From Utricularia gibba (taxonomy: Eukaryota; Plantae; Magnoliophyta), in the NCBI GenBank assembly GCA_002189035.1, contig CM007992.1:2728001-2792000 (forward strand): a stretch of DNA of 64,000 nucleotides, in the 5' to 3' direction. Positions 1 through 13,260 of this stretch are shown here, piece after piece; position 1 is the stretch's first letter; every line of letters begins with the position of its first letter. A model generated the notes under the pieces. That model saw only the letters and a list, made by a program, of their open reading frames with translations, ran no database searches and was not told the DNA's origin. A program made the translations under genes and the position numbers.

Positions 1-1963
1 AATTAATTAATTGTAATACTATACTACACAAGTTTTCATTAATAATTATTAGAATCAATAAAATTTTCAAATTTAATAATATTTTTTAATTTGTAATGTT
101 GTATTATATATAAAAATTAATCATGTTTATTATAGGTGAAACACAATAATATATATTATATGAAAATTAGGGTTGTAAATAAATAAATAAATATATATAT
201 ATATAATATAGTTATTTGGTCAATATTTACCAAATATGATTATTCAACAAATAAAAATTTTGCAATGAACTATTTTACTGATAATTCCGTAAAATACCAT
301 TTTCCTAACCTAGTTGTGAAGGCTCATGCTCAATTCAGTAAAATGTTTCAAAACCTGAAATATTATATGATGCATAAATTGTATATTATTATTATAAATA
401 TAAATAATTAAAAGTGTAATTACAAATATTAGTAACATAGTATTTTTAGTTTTCAATTTTATTAATAACTTTTATAAGTTATTTTTGTTTTATATTAATA
501 TGAGTACTTTGTAATGAGAAAAATAACTTGTTATAATATATAAAAGTTTTATAAATAATAAAATGTTATTTATTTAATTAATAAAAAAATAATAACGAAA
601 AAAATCTAGTTTACATTCTTACTTTATTATTATTCTTGTTTGATTATCTCTTTTTAAAATTTTCTTAAAGTCATGTGTAAAAAATAAATCTCCATTGTAC
701 TATTTGGTGTATATTATGAAATGATTTGATCAGTGACAAACTATGAGATATGTTCTAATCATGTTGAGTATATCTATAATACATATTCAAAAATATTTTA
801 TAATGATAAAATAAGACTTATACGATAAATTTACATGTAAAATAGAGATAATCTCTAAAGTAATTTTATAAATTCTCTCTATATGTCATTCACAGAAAAA
901 TGGTACCCATGGTTCTTTTTCACAAAACGTGTTAAGTATGACAAAATTTTTCACAATTGACATACATACAATTCATTGTTAAGTCTGATAGAAAAGGTCT
1001 CCATATTTTCCTAATGTATATTTCAAAGCTTGTTGTTTTTAATGTTCAACACTATGATAAGTTTACCTGCAATGTTTTTGTAGAATATTAGTGGATGGCA
1101 CATAATTGTGAATGTTGATGTGGTGTTTAGTGAGAAGTTGACTAAAAGGGTGTAAAAAGACCCTACGCATTTTGTTTGGTGTCTAAGAATTATTTTCTTT
1201 GATCATGGAAGTGAAAGGATTATCCACAAGTTCTTTATTGCCAATCATTGTAGCATTTTTTTGGACTTGCTTAACATTTGTTTATATTTTATGATTAAAA
1301 AAAAACATAAGAATAAAGTTAGAAACCAAAAACAATTTTATCATCGAAACAAACAATTTTATCATCTAACAAAATTGACTTAATTTTACATATTTTGTAG
1401 TATATTGATCTTTTCGAATTTTACAAGAACTATGATTATATCAATATTTTTCATGTATTGTGCACTTTATACCCACGTTTCAAAAAGTAGAAACCAATTT
1501 TACTTTGTTTTTAAATAATAGGAATGAACAATATAAATTTAAATCCCATTTTTATATTTAATTTGAAGCCTCGGGACTGTTGTGACTAATAACACAAATG
1601 TAAGTTGTATAATAGGGGTCACGTGCTACAGTGAAGCCACCGACAGCTCACATGCGATTAAAGGTGTGTCAGAATGATTAAATTATTGTTTTACGGTTTT
1701 TTTTAATTAAGAAAAATTAACTTACATTTGGCGTTTGATTCTGTTGCTCCCGGCGCGGTGACTGGGTTGTTCTTTCCTAAGCACAATTTCTTCCCAATCC
1801 ACTCTTGTGGCTCCATTTGAACTCTGGCCTCTCATTTAATTCATACAGCTGTTGGAGCTGTTGAATACTTCAGTGAAATTACAGGTCTTGAATGTATTCT
1901 CGTTTCCGGCGGTGGTTGGAATCCAGAGTAGAGTCTGCCTCTCTAATTATGAACTCTTGAGTA

Positions 1964-4185
1964 ATGATGCATTTTATGGAAAACTTGTTCTGCAGTAGCA
2001 GAGTCAGAGGAAGCTGTAAAGATGCTGCATTTCCTATGTGTAAACTGATGGGAACCAAGAGATTTCTATGCCTTGTCGGGTTTCTGTTTTCATTAGTTAT
2101 ACTGCATCAGTATGTGGAATTTGGAAATGGGTATGTTTCCCCGTCTTCAATCTCCCTGCAAGAATCTCAGATTCAAGTACTGGCAGCTGTTTCCCCGTCT
2201 TCAAGCTTCGTTGAAGATTCCCATGTTCAAGTACTGGCAGCTGGAAACATTTTCAGTCAAGTGTTTGCTAACGATTCCACTGTCGTGAACTCTTCTGGTT
2301 TTATTGAATTGGAAGGTACTTCTCCATTTACAAGAGCCTTTTTGTTTTCTAGCACCAAACGTCTTTTTTCACACCATATGATTGAATCCAGGGGATCAAA
2401 AGCCTTCTGATGTTGAGAAGTATGCCACTGATTCGTCCCTTAATGTCGAAGGTGATTCGCCACTGGAGGAGGAATTGGCTTCAAATGAGGATTCAACAGG
2501 AGGTGGAACTACAAATTCTACGTCTTTGATTGAACCCAATATTGGAAAAAAGCTGCACCAAACACCAGCAGTAGACTCTCCGTCTCCCCTGTCATCCGTC
2601 CACAGTTTGATCGTGAAGAAGACTACAGAAAATGTGGCTCCACAGCCTCAAAACTGGAGCTCCATTTCCACTAATGCTTCTACACCCCCTCCTGTAAGAA
2701 AACGCAAATGGAATATGCCACCAACCAGAGTACTCTCATTGTCTGAAATGACTGATATGCTGCAAAGAGGCTATAGGTCCATGGTATGTGAGATTAACTT
2801 TATACCTTGCGCGTCAAATTACTTCATTTGATTTCATTGTTGCTTCCCTTGTTGTGATTGAAGAAACCCAAATGGCATTCACGAGCTAACAAAGAACTCC
2901 TTCATGCTAAGTCTCTGATACAAAGAGCAGAAACTCCGGGTAAAAGTAGTCGGATTGATTCGAGTGTCTACAGAAACTACTCTGCGTTCATGAGGTAGGT
3001 AGTGGCAAGAAAGCTGCATACTTCCAAGGGAAGTTCGCCTTTGTATCTCAACTTCCTGTAACTTTTTTCTTCTGCAGAAGCTATGAACTGATGGAGCAGA
3101 CACTAAAAATATATATTTACTCCGAAGGTGCAAAGCCAGTGTTCCATCAGCAGGAGCTCGGAGGAATATATGCTTCTGAAGGATGGTTCATGAAGCTGCT
3201 GGAGGAAAACAAGCATTTTGTTACTAAGAATGCTGAAGAAGCACATCTGTTTTACTTACCCTTCAGTTCACTTTTACTACAGAGAGCTTTATATGTTACG
3301 AATTCTCACAGTAGAGTCAACATGGTTCAGCATTTGGGTAGCTACATCGAGAACATCACAATGAAGTACCCTTTCTGGAATAGAACCAGGGGAGCTGATC
3401 ATTTTCTTGTAGCATGCCATGATTGGGTATGTATCGAGTGAAAAACTGATAATCTTCGTAAATGGGCACACACAGTACATTAAGTATTGCTGAACCTCTG
3501 ATTATCAGCTGACTCTTAACTTTTACAGGCACAAGTTGAAACAAGCAAGATCATGAAGAACTGTATTCGATCCTTGTGCAATGCAGAAGCGTTGAAAGGA
3601 TTCAGATTTGGGAAAGATGTGTCATTACCTGAAACATATGTGCGTCATCCAAAGTACCCTCTTCAAAGCCTAGGAGGTAAGCCTCCCAACAAAAGGCCAT
3701 TCCTAGTTTTCTTTGCTGGGAGTATGCACGGTTATCTGCGCCCGATTTTGCTTAAGCATTGGGAAAATAAGGATCCCGACATGAAAATCACTGGCGCCTT
3801 GCTTACAAACAAAGGAGCAATGAGCTACAAGGTGTACATGAAGAGTAGCAAGTACTGCATAAGTGCGAGGGGATATGAAGCCTTCAGTCCCAGAGTGGTG
3901 GAAGCGATTTTCTATGAGTGTGTACCCGTGATCTTAGCTGATAACTATGTGCCTCCGTTCTTCGAAACGCTGAATTGGGAATCATTTGCCGTTTTTGTGG
4001 CGGAGAAAGACATTCCAAACTTGAAGAAGATACTTCTATCCATACCTGAAAAGCAGTACCTTAGGATGCACCAGAGGGTTAAGATGGTTCAGAAGCATTT
4101 TCTTTGGCATAAGAACCCTGTAAAACAAGACATTTTTCATATGATACTGCACTCAGTATGGCACACAAGGGTTTCCCAGATGTGA
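1964..4185 (+). CDS. Exostosin-family (GT47) glycosyltransferase, type II membrane protein, 5 exons
   Basis: Exons 1964-2315, 2392-2783, 2864-2994, 3078-3426, 3529-4185 join in frame through GT-AG introns. N-terminal hydrophobic anchor RFLCLVGFLFSLVILHQYV; GT47 motifs SYELMEQTLKIYIY, GIYASEGWFMKL, GADHFLVACHDW, SKYCISARGYE, ECVPVILADNYVPPF. Confidence 0.93.
2135..2242 (+). repeat. 54-bp (18-aa) tandem duplication in the glycosyltransferase stem region
   Basis: GTTTCCCCGTCTTCAA...TTCAAGTACTGGCAGCT at 2135 and 2189, encoding VSPSSISLQESQIQVLAA / VSPSSSFVEDSHVQVLAA. Confidence 0.85.
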
Positions 4186-4609
4186 ACTGGGAATGGAAAG
4201 TTGATCCAGAGGGCGAAAAAGGTAGGTTGCTCTATCCATGAAAGTTGTGCAAATTTGGAAAGAATAAGTTCATGTAAATGATACTTTCCCAAGTTAGCTC
4301 TGTATCTGCAACCTATCGTAACTCAAAGTAATCGTTCTCCTTTCGCTATACAAGTTTATATAAACTTCTTGTTTCTTCCTTCATGCCTTGTGTAGCAATA
4401 GCAAGAACTTGGAGAAGGAAAACAGGAGGCAATATGGAGAAACTTGTAGAATATAGGGGTGGGTTTTATAATCCATACTTAACCAACGGTTAATTTACAA
4501 AAGTTTCCAATCTTTGAGAATAGCAACCCATCTAATGGTCAAAATGAGCTAATCTCAAAGAGGGGTGTGGGGTTAACATTTCTTTGGACTCGAGTTGTAT
4601 CACTTGGAA

Positions 4610-4770
4610 TCAAAATTATGGTTTGAACTGGAACCACGGTTTTGGTTCCAGTTCGATTCATGATTTTGAGTTTATGTGTGGTTTTGATTCTGAAACCATA
4701 ACTGTATAGTTCCAGGTTAGTATTTTTGAAACCGAAGGAATTAACAGTATGAACTTCGTAAATCATCGAT
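4610..4770. mobile_element. Degenerate fragment resembling hAT subterminal repeats
   Basis: Cluster of GAACC/GGTTC/AAACC motifs like those in the 5480-7920 element; no TIR or TSD found. Confidence 0.4.
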
Positions 4771-5479
4771 TTCGATTTTAAATTTTAAAAATTTTAATTA
4801 AATATTAAAAAATCATCCAAATGTCTATTTTTTTAATAATAACAAAATTTAGAAAAACAAGGTAGGGGTAAGATCTTAGGTAGCCCAATTACCTTCTACT
4901 AGTACTTGTGTTTCATCCTAAGAAAATCTATAGCAGATATTTGAGGTTGGAGACTTTACACCCTACAATAGTGTGTCTAAGATGTAAGAGTTTATTTGAT
5001 TGATGGTCTAATATCCTTCTTCCTTCAAACTTCAAGGTAAATTGATATTGGATTTGTGGGATGGGTTCTAGTTATAGGTTTACCATATTAAGCAAATCAC
5101 CAAAATTTGAAGTGTTTTTCATGTGAAAGGCCTCTATTGTTTACCATAATATATAAATCAAGTCTTCACTATTTGATGTAAGCTATACATTTAGCACATT
5201 TGACATAATTTATGTGCATTGTTTAAAGTGCTTATTTGGACAATATCTCAAGTAAATTTGGATTGGATCGGTATTTAAGATGTTTATTTTTCTATCTTAA
5301 AAATCTACCATAAATATGATATTTAAATATTAGATTTGACACCCCACTATAGAGAACCTAAAATATAAGAGGTCTTTGATATGTGGTTTAACATCCTCCT
5401 TTCCCCAAGCCATGATGTAAATCAAGATTGGATTTGTAGAATGTGTCCATGTTATGGGTATTTAGTGTTCACCATCGTA

Positions 5480-7920
5480 TAGAGGTGGGTTCGGTTCGGA
5501 ACTGTACGGTTCCAACAAACATCAGTTCCAAAACTGTGGTTTGTCATGGGCAACGGTTTTGGTTTCGATTTTGGTTCGGAATCGTATCTCCAGACCTTGA
5601 ACCGAACTGAAACCGGAATCGTACGGACGGTTTCAATTTTGAACCGAAACCAAAATTTACGAATCAAACCCTCACTAGAACCGATCGGTTACTGTTTACA
5701 GGTGTTTTCTAGATACCCATATGAATTGTTGTGGTTGTCTTGCATTGAAGTTTTTAATGATTATTAATTTTATATATTTTGATATTATCAAATGATATAT
5801 TTAACAATATTAATTTTTATATTTAGCTACATATATTATGTAATATACTATTTTAATTTATAAAATACCTTAATTTAAACTATTTGATAAAATATTCTAA
5901 TAAAGTATAATTAAAATCAATATAATTTGTGATTTAAATGAATTAAATGAATGATTAAAATAATTAAATTATTAGCATTTTAAAATAAATTTGATAAAAT
6001 TAAATTTTTTGAAACAAATACAATAACATTAAAAATCATATAAAATTTAATTTGTGACTTTTGTAAATATTGTGTATTTTTCAAATTAAAATCAAAATAT
6101 CATCTATTTTCATAAATAATGAAAACATTTTTTCAGAAACCCACATTGGTTTGTGAGTGTCTGGGAAGAATCTGACCAACCCACGTCTGCTCATGTAAGT
6201 GTCTCGTGAGAGCACCTGAAACCATTTTCTAGGCACCCACATCTCTGGTGAGTGTGTCTGGAAAAAGTTGTTTGATAAGATTTTTCAAGCATCCACTTCC
6301 CTCATTTGGGGATATGAGAAAATGAAATCATATACATTTATTTAATTTTTTTAATTTTTTAATTCGAATCATGTGGTTCACGGTTTGGAACCGTGAACAG
6401 TACGGTTCACATACAATTCGGAACCGTCGGTTCTACAATTCCCATTATGTCGAACCAAACCAAAACCGTGCGGTTCCTAAACCAAAACCATACGGTTCCA
6501 AAACCGAAACCGTACGGACATTGATTTCTTGGAATCGAACTGAAACTGGAACTGACAGTTTTGGTTCCAACCGCTGTTGTGTGTTGTTTCTTCAACAAAT
6601 TTTAAATATTTAAAACATATAACACCAACAAGCGTAGTACGAGTATCGATCACAGGGAGTTGTTTTTCGTGAAAAGTGCTTTGTAAGCAATTTCTACAAA
6701 ATGTCACGGTTTTGTAAAAGGGGGTTTTTAAGATGCAGAAATGAAAGATACAACCTAAGTGATGGGCCTTGATTACGAGACGTAGTTCCTGGGAATGAGA
6801 TTTCATCTCCTTCCTTTATCCGTCCTTGTCTCGGTTTTCATTGATTTCTTCCGAATAGCTAGTTATAGGAGCAAGGAATAGCCTACTCTCCCTTACACTC
6901 GGATTGATAAGGAGGCACGGGAATAGCCTCATGTGATTCCCCCTTGGACGATAGAGAAAACAAAAGGATTGCCTTCGATTGCCTTCAAAACCGAATTGCA
7001 CACGTGTGCCTAGCTATTGCCAATAGCCAGTGGCAGGTTCGAGGTCGCAACCTGTCCACTGTCGGGGTACCTAGGCCACAAACAATCCGCTACTTCTCTC
7101 GAATCGGCAGGGTTGGAGTTGATGCTCTTCACCTTGATCTTCACCAAAATCCACGAGAAGTGGACTGCTACTCATGGACCTTGACTAGGAGTCGTTACAG
7201 AAAAACTGTAATAAGATGCGTGGAAGTATGCAGAATCCGAAATCAATTCAGCTAAAAACCGAGTGTATTGCTCAGGACTTGGAAGGAAACTTCATCTACT
7301 TCCCAAAAACTAAAGGTTTTTAGTCACAAATGACCATCAAAACAGAAACGAAAAAGAAGTTAAGTATTCTTTCTCCCTTAGAGGAGAGGAAGAACATAAA
7401 AGTTCTAAATCCAGAAACAAAGGTTCAAAAGTCCCGAAACAAAGTGCTTCAAGTGGTTTTTATATGACTTCCCACGTGCATTAACTCCTTTGGGTCCCCT
7501 TCTCATCATTCCTTCTGTCTTGCATACGCCACCAGACTTTCTTTGCGTGCAAGTTTGCGCCCAATCATTGTTGCAAACTCTTACATGCCATAAGTCAGAG
7601 GCCTTGACTAGTGTCATTCCTCCTCCCATAATTATTCCAAGTTGCATACAAGGCATGAAAAGTCAGACTCTGACCACCTACAATACTCCTGCAATACTCT
7701 ATGGCAGTCTCCTGACATGTCTCGGTCAAAGTGTGAGAAAAAAGACATAAAATATATACAAAATTGGAAAATAAAGATTTTATAATAAAAATCAAATAAT
7801 TAATAATAAGACTCTTAATTTGGTGATTTAGTACTTAATTAATACATAATAATACCAAAATAATAACTAGAAAATGACACTTAACAACCGCGGTTCCAAT
7901 TCGAACTAAACCCACCTCTA
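5480..7920. mobile_element. Non-autonomous hAT element (about 1.12 kb without the nested LTR)
   Basis: TIR TAGAGGTGGGTTCGGTTCG at 5480; the right end reverse-complements to TAGAGGTGGGTTTAGTTCG. Perfect 8-bp TSD CCATCGTA at 5472-5479 and 7921-7928. Dense AACCG/CGGTT subterminal motifs. Confidence 0.92.
6575..7886 (-). mobile_element. Athila-like solo LTR (1312 bp) nested in the hAT element
   Basis: TG...CA termini with perfect 5-bp TSD ACCGC (6570-6574, 7887-7891). Motif TCGATCACAGGGAG at 6646 matches TCGATCACAAGGAG at 37119 in the PBS-linked Athila LTR, which gives family and orientation by inference. Confidence 0.85.
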
Positions 7921-8191
7921 CCATCGTATATAAATATCATCCTCAAGATTTGTTGAGAATTATATGTTTAGGCCCCTTAACATAATTGGTTTCCATTATT
8001 TGACATATTAAATATTATTGAACTTAATCAATGGATGATTTGGATGAAGTCTATGGAAGGATTGAGACAATCCACATATTTCCATATATAAAAAGTTACT
8101 AAAATAGATTATTTTGTAACTTTTTAACTATTTTTTTCTTGATTAAATAAAATGATCTATTTCAGATCTACAATTCTTGTTAACCTTTTGA

Positions 8192-8671
8192 TAGAGTTGG
8201 GCATGGGTCCAACTCGACGAGTCACGGGTCGAACCTACCAGATAAAAAATGAAATGTCTGACTCGATGGGTACGGGTAGATGGGTTGGACAGACTGAAGC
8301 ATCCCAGGTCACGGGTTGACACTGCAATGGCATGTTTGCAGTGTTAGAGAATATTGAAGGTAGTGTCTTCCAGGCATTGTAATTGTATGTTTGTGGTGCT
8401 TGAAGAACATTGAAGCCAATGTCTTACAGGCACTACAATTATATATTTCTGGTGCCTAGATAATATTGAAGCCAATGTCTTCCAAGCACTGCAATGACAT
8501 GTTTGCAGTGCTTGAAGAATATTGAAGCTAGTATCTTACAGGCCCATTTTGGTTGACCTATCGGGTCAACCTGTCCCATACTCGTTTTCGATGGTTATGG
8601 GTAATGGGTTGGACCCATCACGAGTCAACCCACTGAAGACACGGGTCAACACATATCCGTGTCTAGCTCGA
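8192..8671. mobile_element. 480-bp hAT-type MITE
   Basis: Left TIR TAGAGTTGGGCATGGGT; the right end ATCCGTGTCTAGCTCGA is a transition-decayed version of ACCCATGCCCAACTCTA. Perfect 8-bp TSD CCTTTTGA at 8184-8191 and 8672-8679. ACCC/GGGT subterminal motifs. Confidence 0.85.
8320..8542. repeat. Minisatellite, 4 x 55-56 bp, inside the MITE
   Basis: Units start at 8320, 8375, 8431 and 8487; consensus about CACTGCAATGACATGTTTGCAGTGCTTGAAGAATATTGAAGCCAATGTCTTCCAGG. Confidence 0.9.
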
Positions 8672-8699
8672 CCTTTTGAGACTTTATCATGATATCAAA

Positions 8700-11600
8700 G
8701 CTTTCTCATGATGGGTGTGCGATGGGTTTGGGGCAGGTTTTAATGAACACATACCCGCCCCATCTTTTTTAAATCCAAATCCAAACCCTACCCTCTCCTC
8801 CTATTTTTTTTTTTATTTTTAAATTTATACTCAATTCATTAGGAAATCTACTCTACTTCAAGTATCCATTACACTAATTCTTCTATTGAAATAAAAATGT
8901 AAGTAAGCGATTTTGTGATTCAAAGGAACTATTATTAACTTGACATATATGATTTTGAAAGTCAAAAGTTTTACGACCTCCTCATCCCTTCAAAATTATG
9001 CATGAACTAATAATTAACATACCATAAGGTTGGACATAAAGAGTACATTAATAAGGGTTTAGAAATAATGTAAAAAGTTATACATTTCTTGATCTTCTTC
9101 TTCAAACTCTGAGATCTCTTCCTCGCCCTTCTCATCTTCTATCTAATGGAGTTAGCGCAATCATAAATACTGAAATTAAGTGATCCAATTATAATTATTC
9201 AATAATAAATAAAATAAAAAATAAATATTGACAATAAATAATTTAGAAAGTTACATATTTAACTCTATTTTTTTTCACCAATCCAATATAGCAAAATTTT
9301 CAGATAATGGCAAAGCATCATCATTCAAGTAGTTATCTAACTTTGAATTGAGGTTGGACTTGTTATTCTTTTTAGAGCTAACAAAGTTAGTATAAAATTT
9401 CGTGTATGAATCAACACTATAACTAAATCCTATAGTTGATGAAAAAATTTTCTTTGTATTTTCATAAACTTATCAAACATTTTACTTGTCATATCCATTG
9501 TCAACTCATCTGCATAATTAATTTGTTTGTTTAAGATCAATTTGATTTCACATAATTGGGGAAAGAATAAATTTGCAATAGGATAACAAGTTCTTACAAA
9601 AATTTATTAAATGTTAAATCAAAAAATCATGAGTATATAAAATTAAAAAATTAATTTTAATAAGATATAAGAACCTAAAAATAATTTTGAGGCTTCAAAG
9701 ATTCTCAACTTCTCACAAACTTTGGAAGTTAGCAACCAATCTTTTTCCAATAACCGAATTTTATATTTTGGATCTCTTTGCTCTAACCTATAAAAAACTT
9801 CATTATAGGAAATGATACTTTCAAGCATAAGAAATGTTGAGTTCCATCTAGTTTTTACATCTAATGATATTTTCTTAAATATTGATATTTTCAAATGACA
9901 CGCCGCCTCTTTAAATTTATCCTTTTTTTGTGTTGATGACCAATATACTACACCTTCACATAATTTTTCAATTTCTCTCCCAATAATAGTCATGTCATCT
10001 TGAACAATGAGATTTAAAATATGAGTTGCACATTGCATATGGATATAATCACCATCTAACAACAATGCTCTACTATCAAGTCAATTTTCTACGAATTCAA
10101 TTATCCCAATGTTCACTAAAAATTCAATGCATAAGTAATAGTACAAATATTTTTATCAACATTCCAATCTATTAAAGGTTGAGTAAATATTGTAATATGA
10201 TTTCTTTATCATGAGGGACCGGCACATAACGAAATTTTAATATGAAAAGATAAAATAGAATAAAATTATAATACAATAAATTAGTGTAACTTAAAATTTT
10301 ATATTGCAGCATCCAATTGTCATCAATATAGTGTGACGTTATTGACATAGATCCTTTGGCATGATGATTTGCTATTCAAATATCGAAATAGAAATTCTAA
10401 CTTCAAATACTTCCAAAATATTTATCACATCAACTCTTGTACATATTTTGAATATGTCTACAAAAAATTCTCTGACTTGACATCTTAAGTAAAGGCCATA
10501 AACTTGTTACGAAATTTCAGAACCCTTTGCGGTCAACCATAAAAAGTGAATACTCATTCAAGATAATCATCTTAACTAACTTTTTTCTAGAAATTTCCTG
10601 ATTAAACATACAAAAAGTCACCAAAGTTTTACCATCTTTTTTTCCTTTGTTTTACTCTAAACATTGCTTGAGAAATATCTGATTGATTGCCATGTTTTTT
10701 ATACTTTTGAAAATGTTGCTTCAAGTGTGAAGTTCGACTCTTTGATTCTGAAATAAGTGTTGATAAGCAATAATTGTATATTACCTTCCACTTTCCATCA
10801 ATTTGTGCCTTTTTGAAATGCTGTCAAATCTAATATGTCAATTTTATGTGATCATATTAATTATTCTACTCTATCTATTGATTATTTATTGAGGAAGTAC
10901 TAGATTGTTCTATATTTTTAGAGCATTGAACATCTGGACTAATGATAGAATTTTCGTCATTTGAAGATATACCACTAAAAATGAAAGTAAAAGCAACACA
11001 AAAAGCTCTAGAAGATATTGATAAATGAAATCTCTCTTTATGTCATTGGAAACAAAATTATGAAATTAATAAAAAAATATAAAAAAACTGTCAATTATGA
11101 AAAAGAAACTTATTCCATATTTCAATGATTATAAATTTGGATCCTTTTATGGATGAATTTAATGACCTAATCCATCAAAAAGCAATCAAGAAGAATTATT
11201 ATCATAACCTCCAAAACCTGATCCACAAGCAAAGAACAGGTAAGGAGGTGGGAAATTGAAAAAGGAAGATATATACATCATGAAAGTTGTTTATGATAGC
11301 CAAGTTCTCCGATCTCCATAATCCTCAACTTATCAATTTGCATTACAAGCTTCCTGCAACTTAACCTTTATTTTAAAACATTGTCTTCTTTTTAGAGAAA
11401 GAAAACTAGAAGTTAAAATGGAAAGGAAACACAACAATAGAAAAAGTATGAATTTTTAATAGAGTTGTTCATCATGTGACCTCATATTATGTTATTTTCA
11501 TACAAAATTTATTACAATTATTTTTTAAAAAAACATGTTTGTGAATTGGGTATGTACCATGAATTGTTTTTCTAAAAATCTATTCCCACCCCACCCTAGT

Positions 11601-11711
11601 AAGGGTTTAAGATTTTAAAATTTATATATATCCTTTATCCACTAAAAATCTTACCTTCACAGGTTGGATAGGGGCTGGTATCCAACAAGTTGGATTTTTT
11701 GCCCATTCTTA
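8700..11711 (-). mobile_element. Decayed hAT (Ac/Tam3/Daysleeper-type) element with transposase pseudogene
   Basis: Minus strand: BED-finger remnant KVIYNYCLSTLISESKSRTSHLKQH (about 10700-10805) and core IHMQCATHILNLIVQD...LDVKTRWNSTFLMLESII (9643-10065), with stops and frameshifts elsewhere. TIR-like TTTTTGCCCATTCTTA ends at 11711. The left boundary and TSD were not resolved. Confidence 0.8.
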
Positions 11712-11779
11712 GATGTAAGGATTTTGCCATGCAAGCAGTAGTAGCCAAAGCTACCAAGGACATTTTTGATGCCTTTGAG

Positions 11780-13260
11780 AAATCTCTTATGGCACTTCAA
11801 TCATAGAGTTTTGCTTCTAACCATTCATGGATCTTAGGGCATTCTTCAAATCTGTTTATACATTTTCCATGAGATCGAATTGTGTGAGCATAAATACGAT
11901 GAATGGGCTCAAGCAATTAGCAGCGTTGCGAGAAAAGAAAAAGTTTGGATTCGTGGATGAATCAATCTTTGAACCCATTGCTACCCTATCAATAGAGGGT
12001 TGAGAACTATTGAACTTCATAATGGTTTTATCGATTATCAACACAATAGAACTAGATCTTTGCTCAACATTGACAATCATGAATCTCGTCCAACCATTAC
12101 GAATGACTTGCAAGAAAGATTCTACATCAATAATGGATCACGCCCCCTCCAGATCAAGCATGATTTGGTAAGGTACTACTAGAGAGGGAGAAAGTATAGT
12201 ATAGTACTTTGGTCACATAAAGAAACTCTAGGATGAGTATGTTCTTCTTGATACCTTGGCATCGTGTACTTGTCATGCTACAAATGCAATATAAGCCAAG
12301 CCATCACTTAAAAAAGGAAGCAAGAAACGATTCACTAGTTCTGTATAGACCTCGATGATACATTATTCGTGATCGTTTACTCACAAATCTTGGTAAAGAA
12401 CCATTGAGATCTTTCAACCAGATATACAATTGTATAATTGGGGAAGAGCAATATCACAATATTAAATGACATGATGAGCCAAGAGGAGATGTTGTGGCTC
12501 TAGCAATTCACAGTTTTGACAATTGTCCCTCTCATTTTGTGAAAAGTCAAAAGCCATGTGACATTTGTGGTTTCCTTAGGTATGAAAAATTAGCTGCTTT
12601 GTTCATATAGATATCGCAATTGATAGGGAGATTGATTGTGTTTTGGTCTTAATGATAAAGGAGCTCTAGTGCAAATGAGCGGAGATGCTACACCATCCAC
12701 TATAGAGAATAGGAGGCACCGTGATCATAACCAAAGAAAGCAAACCAATCATTATGTTGGGAAAGGTGGAAATCAATGTTAGTAGATTCAAGATGAAAGT
12801 TTGAATATACCACTATTCTAGCAAAGTTTTTACTCTTATTTCTTTAAAAAATGACAATAAGAAACAAGCTCCCTTTCTAAATGACTCTCAATGAAAAACT
12901 ATCGGGTATGCTTTCCTTCAATTCTTGGATTTTGAATAGTGGGCCATCTAATCAAATGACTCACCAACCTGATCTATTGATCGATTTTTGTACAACACAT
13001 TCTTGCTTGATTACTGTTCCCAACGGTGCTTGAGAGGTCTCTAGCACGTCCAAAATAGTGACAATTAGGTGTACTTTTCTTCTTCACAATGTGTTTTATA
13101 TGCCCAATTTTAACTTCAACTTGATTTCCCTCTATTGGTTATTGCATGATCAATGTCATCTCATCTCTATATATGGGACTATTCATATTATTCAGGATTA
13201 GGCCTTGAACGCCAGATTGGGATTGGTGAGTCAATTGGCCATATTATCGACTCATTCTAG
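11780..13260 (+). mobile_element. Ty1/Copia remnant (gag, protease)
   Basis: KKFGFVDESI, ...NDLQERFYINNGSRPLQIKHDL (Copia gag); SWILNSGPSNQMTH at about 12920 (decayed WILDSGASxHM protease motif); LLHNVFYMPNFNFNLIS at about 13080. Frameshifted, no LTRs found. Confidence 0.75.

Noticed and set aside
8320-8542. Palindromic direct repeats resembling a CRISPR array
   Set aside because: The units are contiguous with no unique spacers, lie inside a TSD-bounded plant MITE, and have no cas genes nearby.
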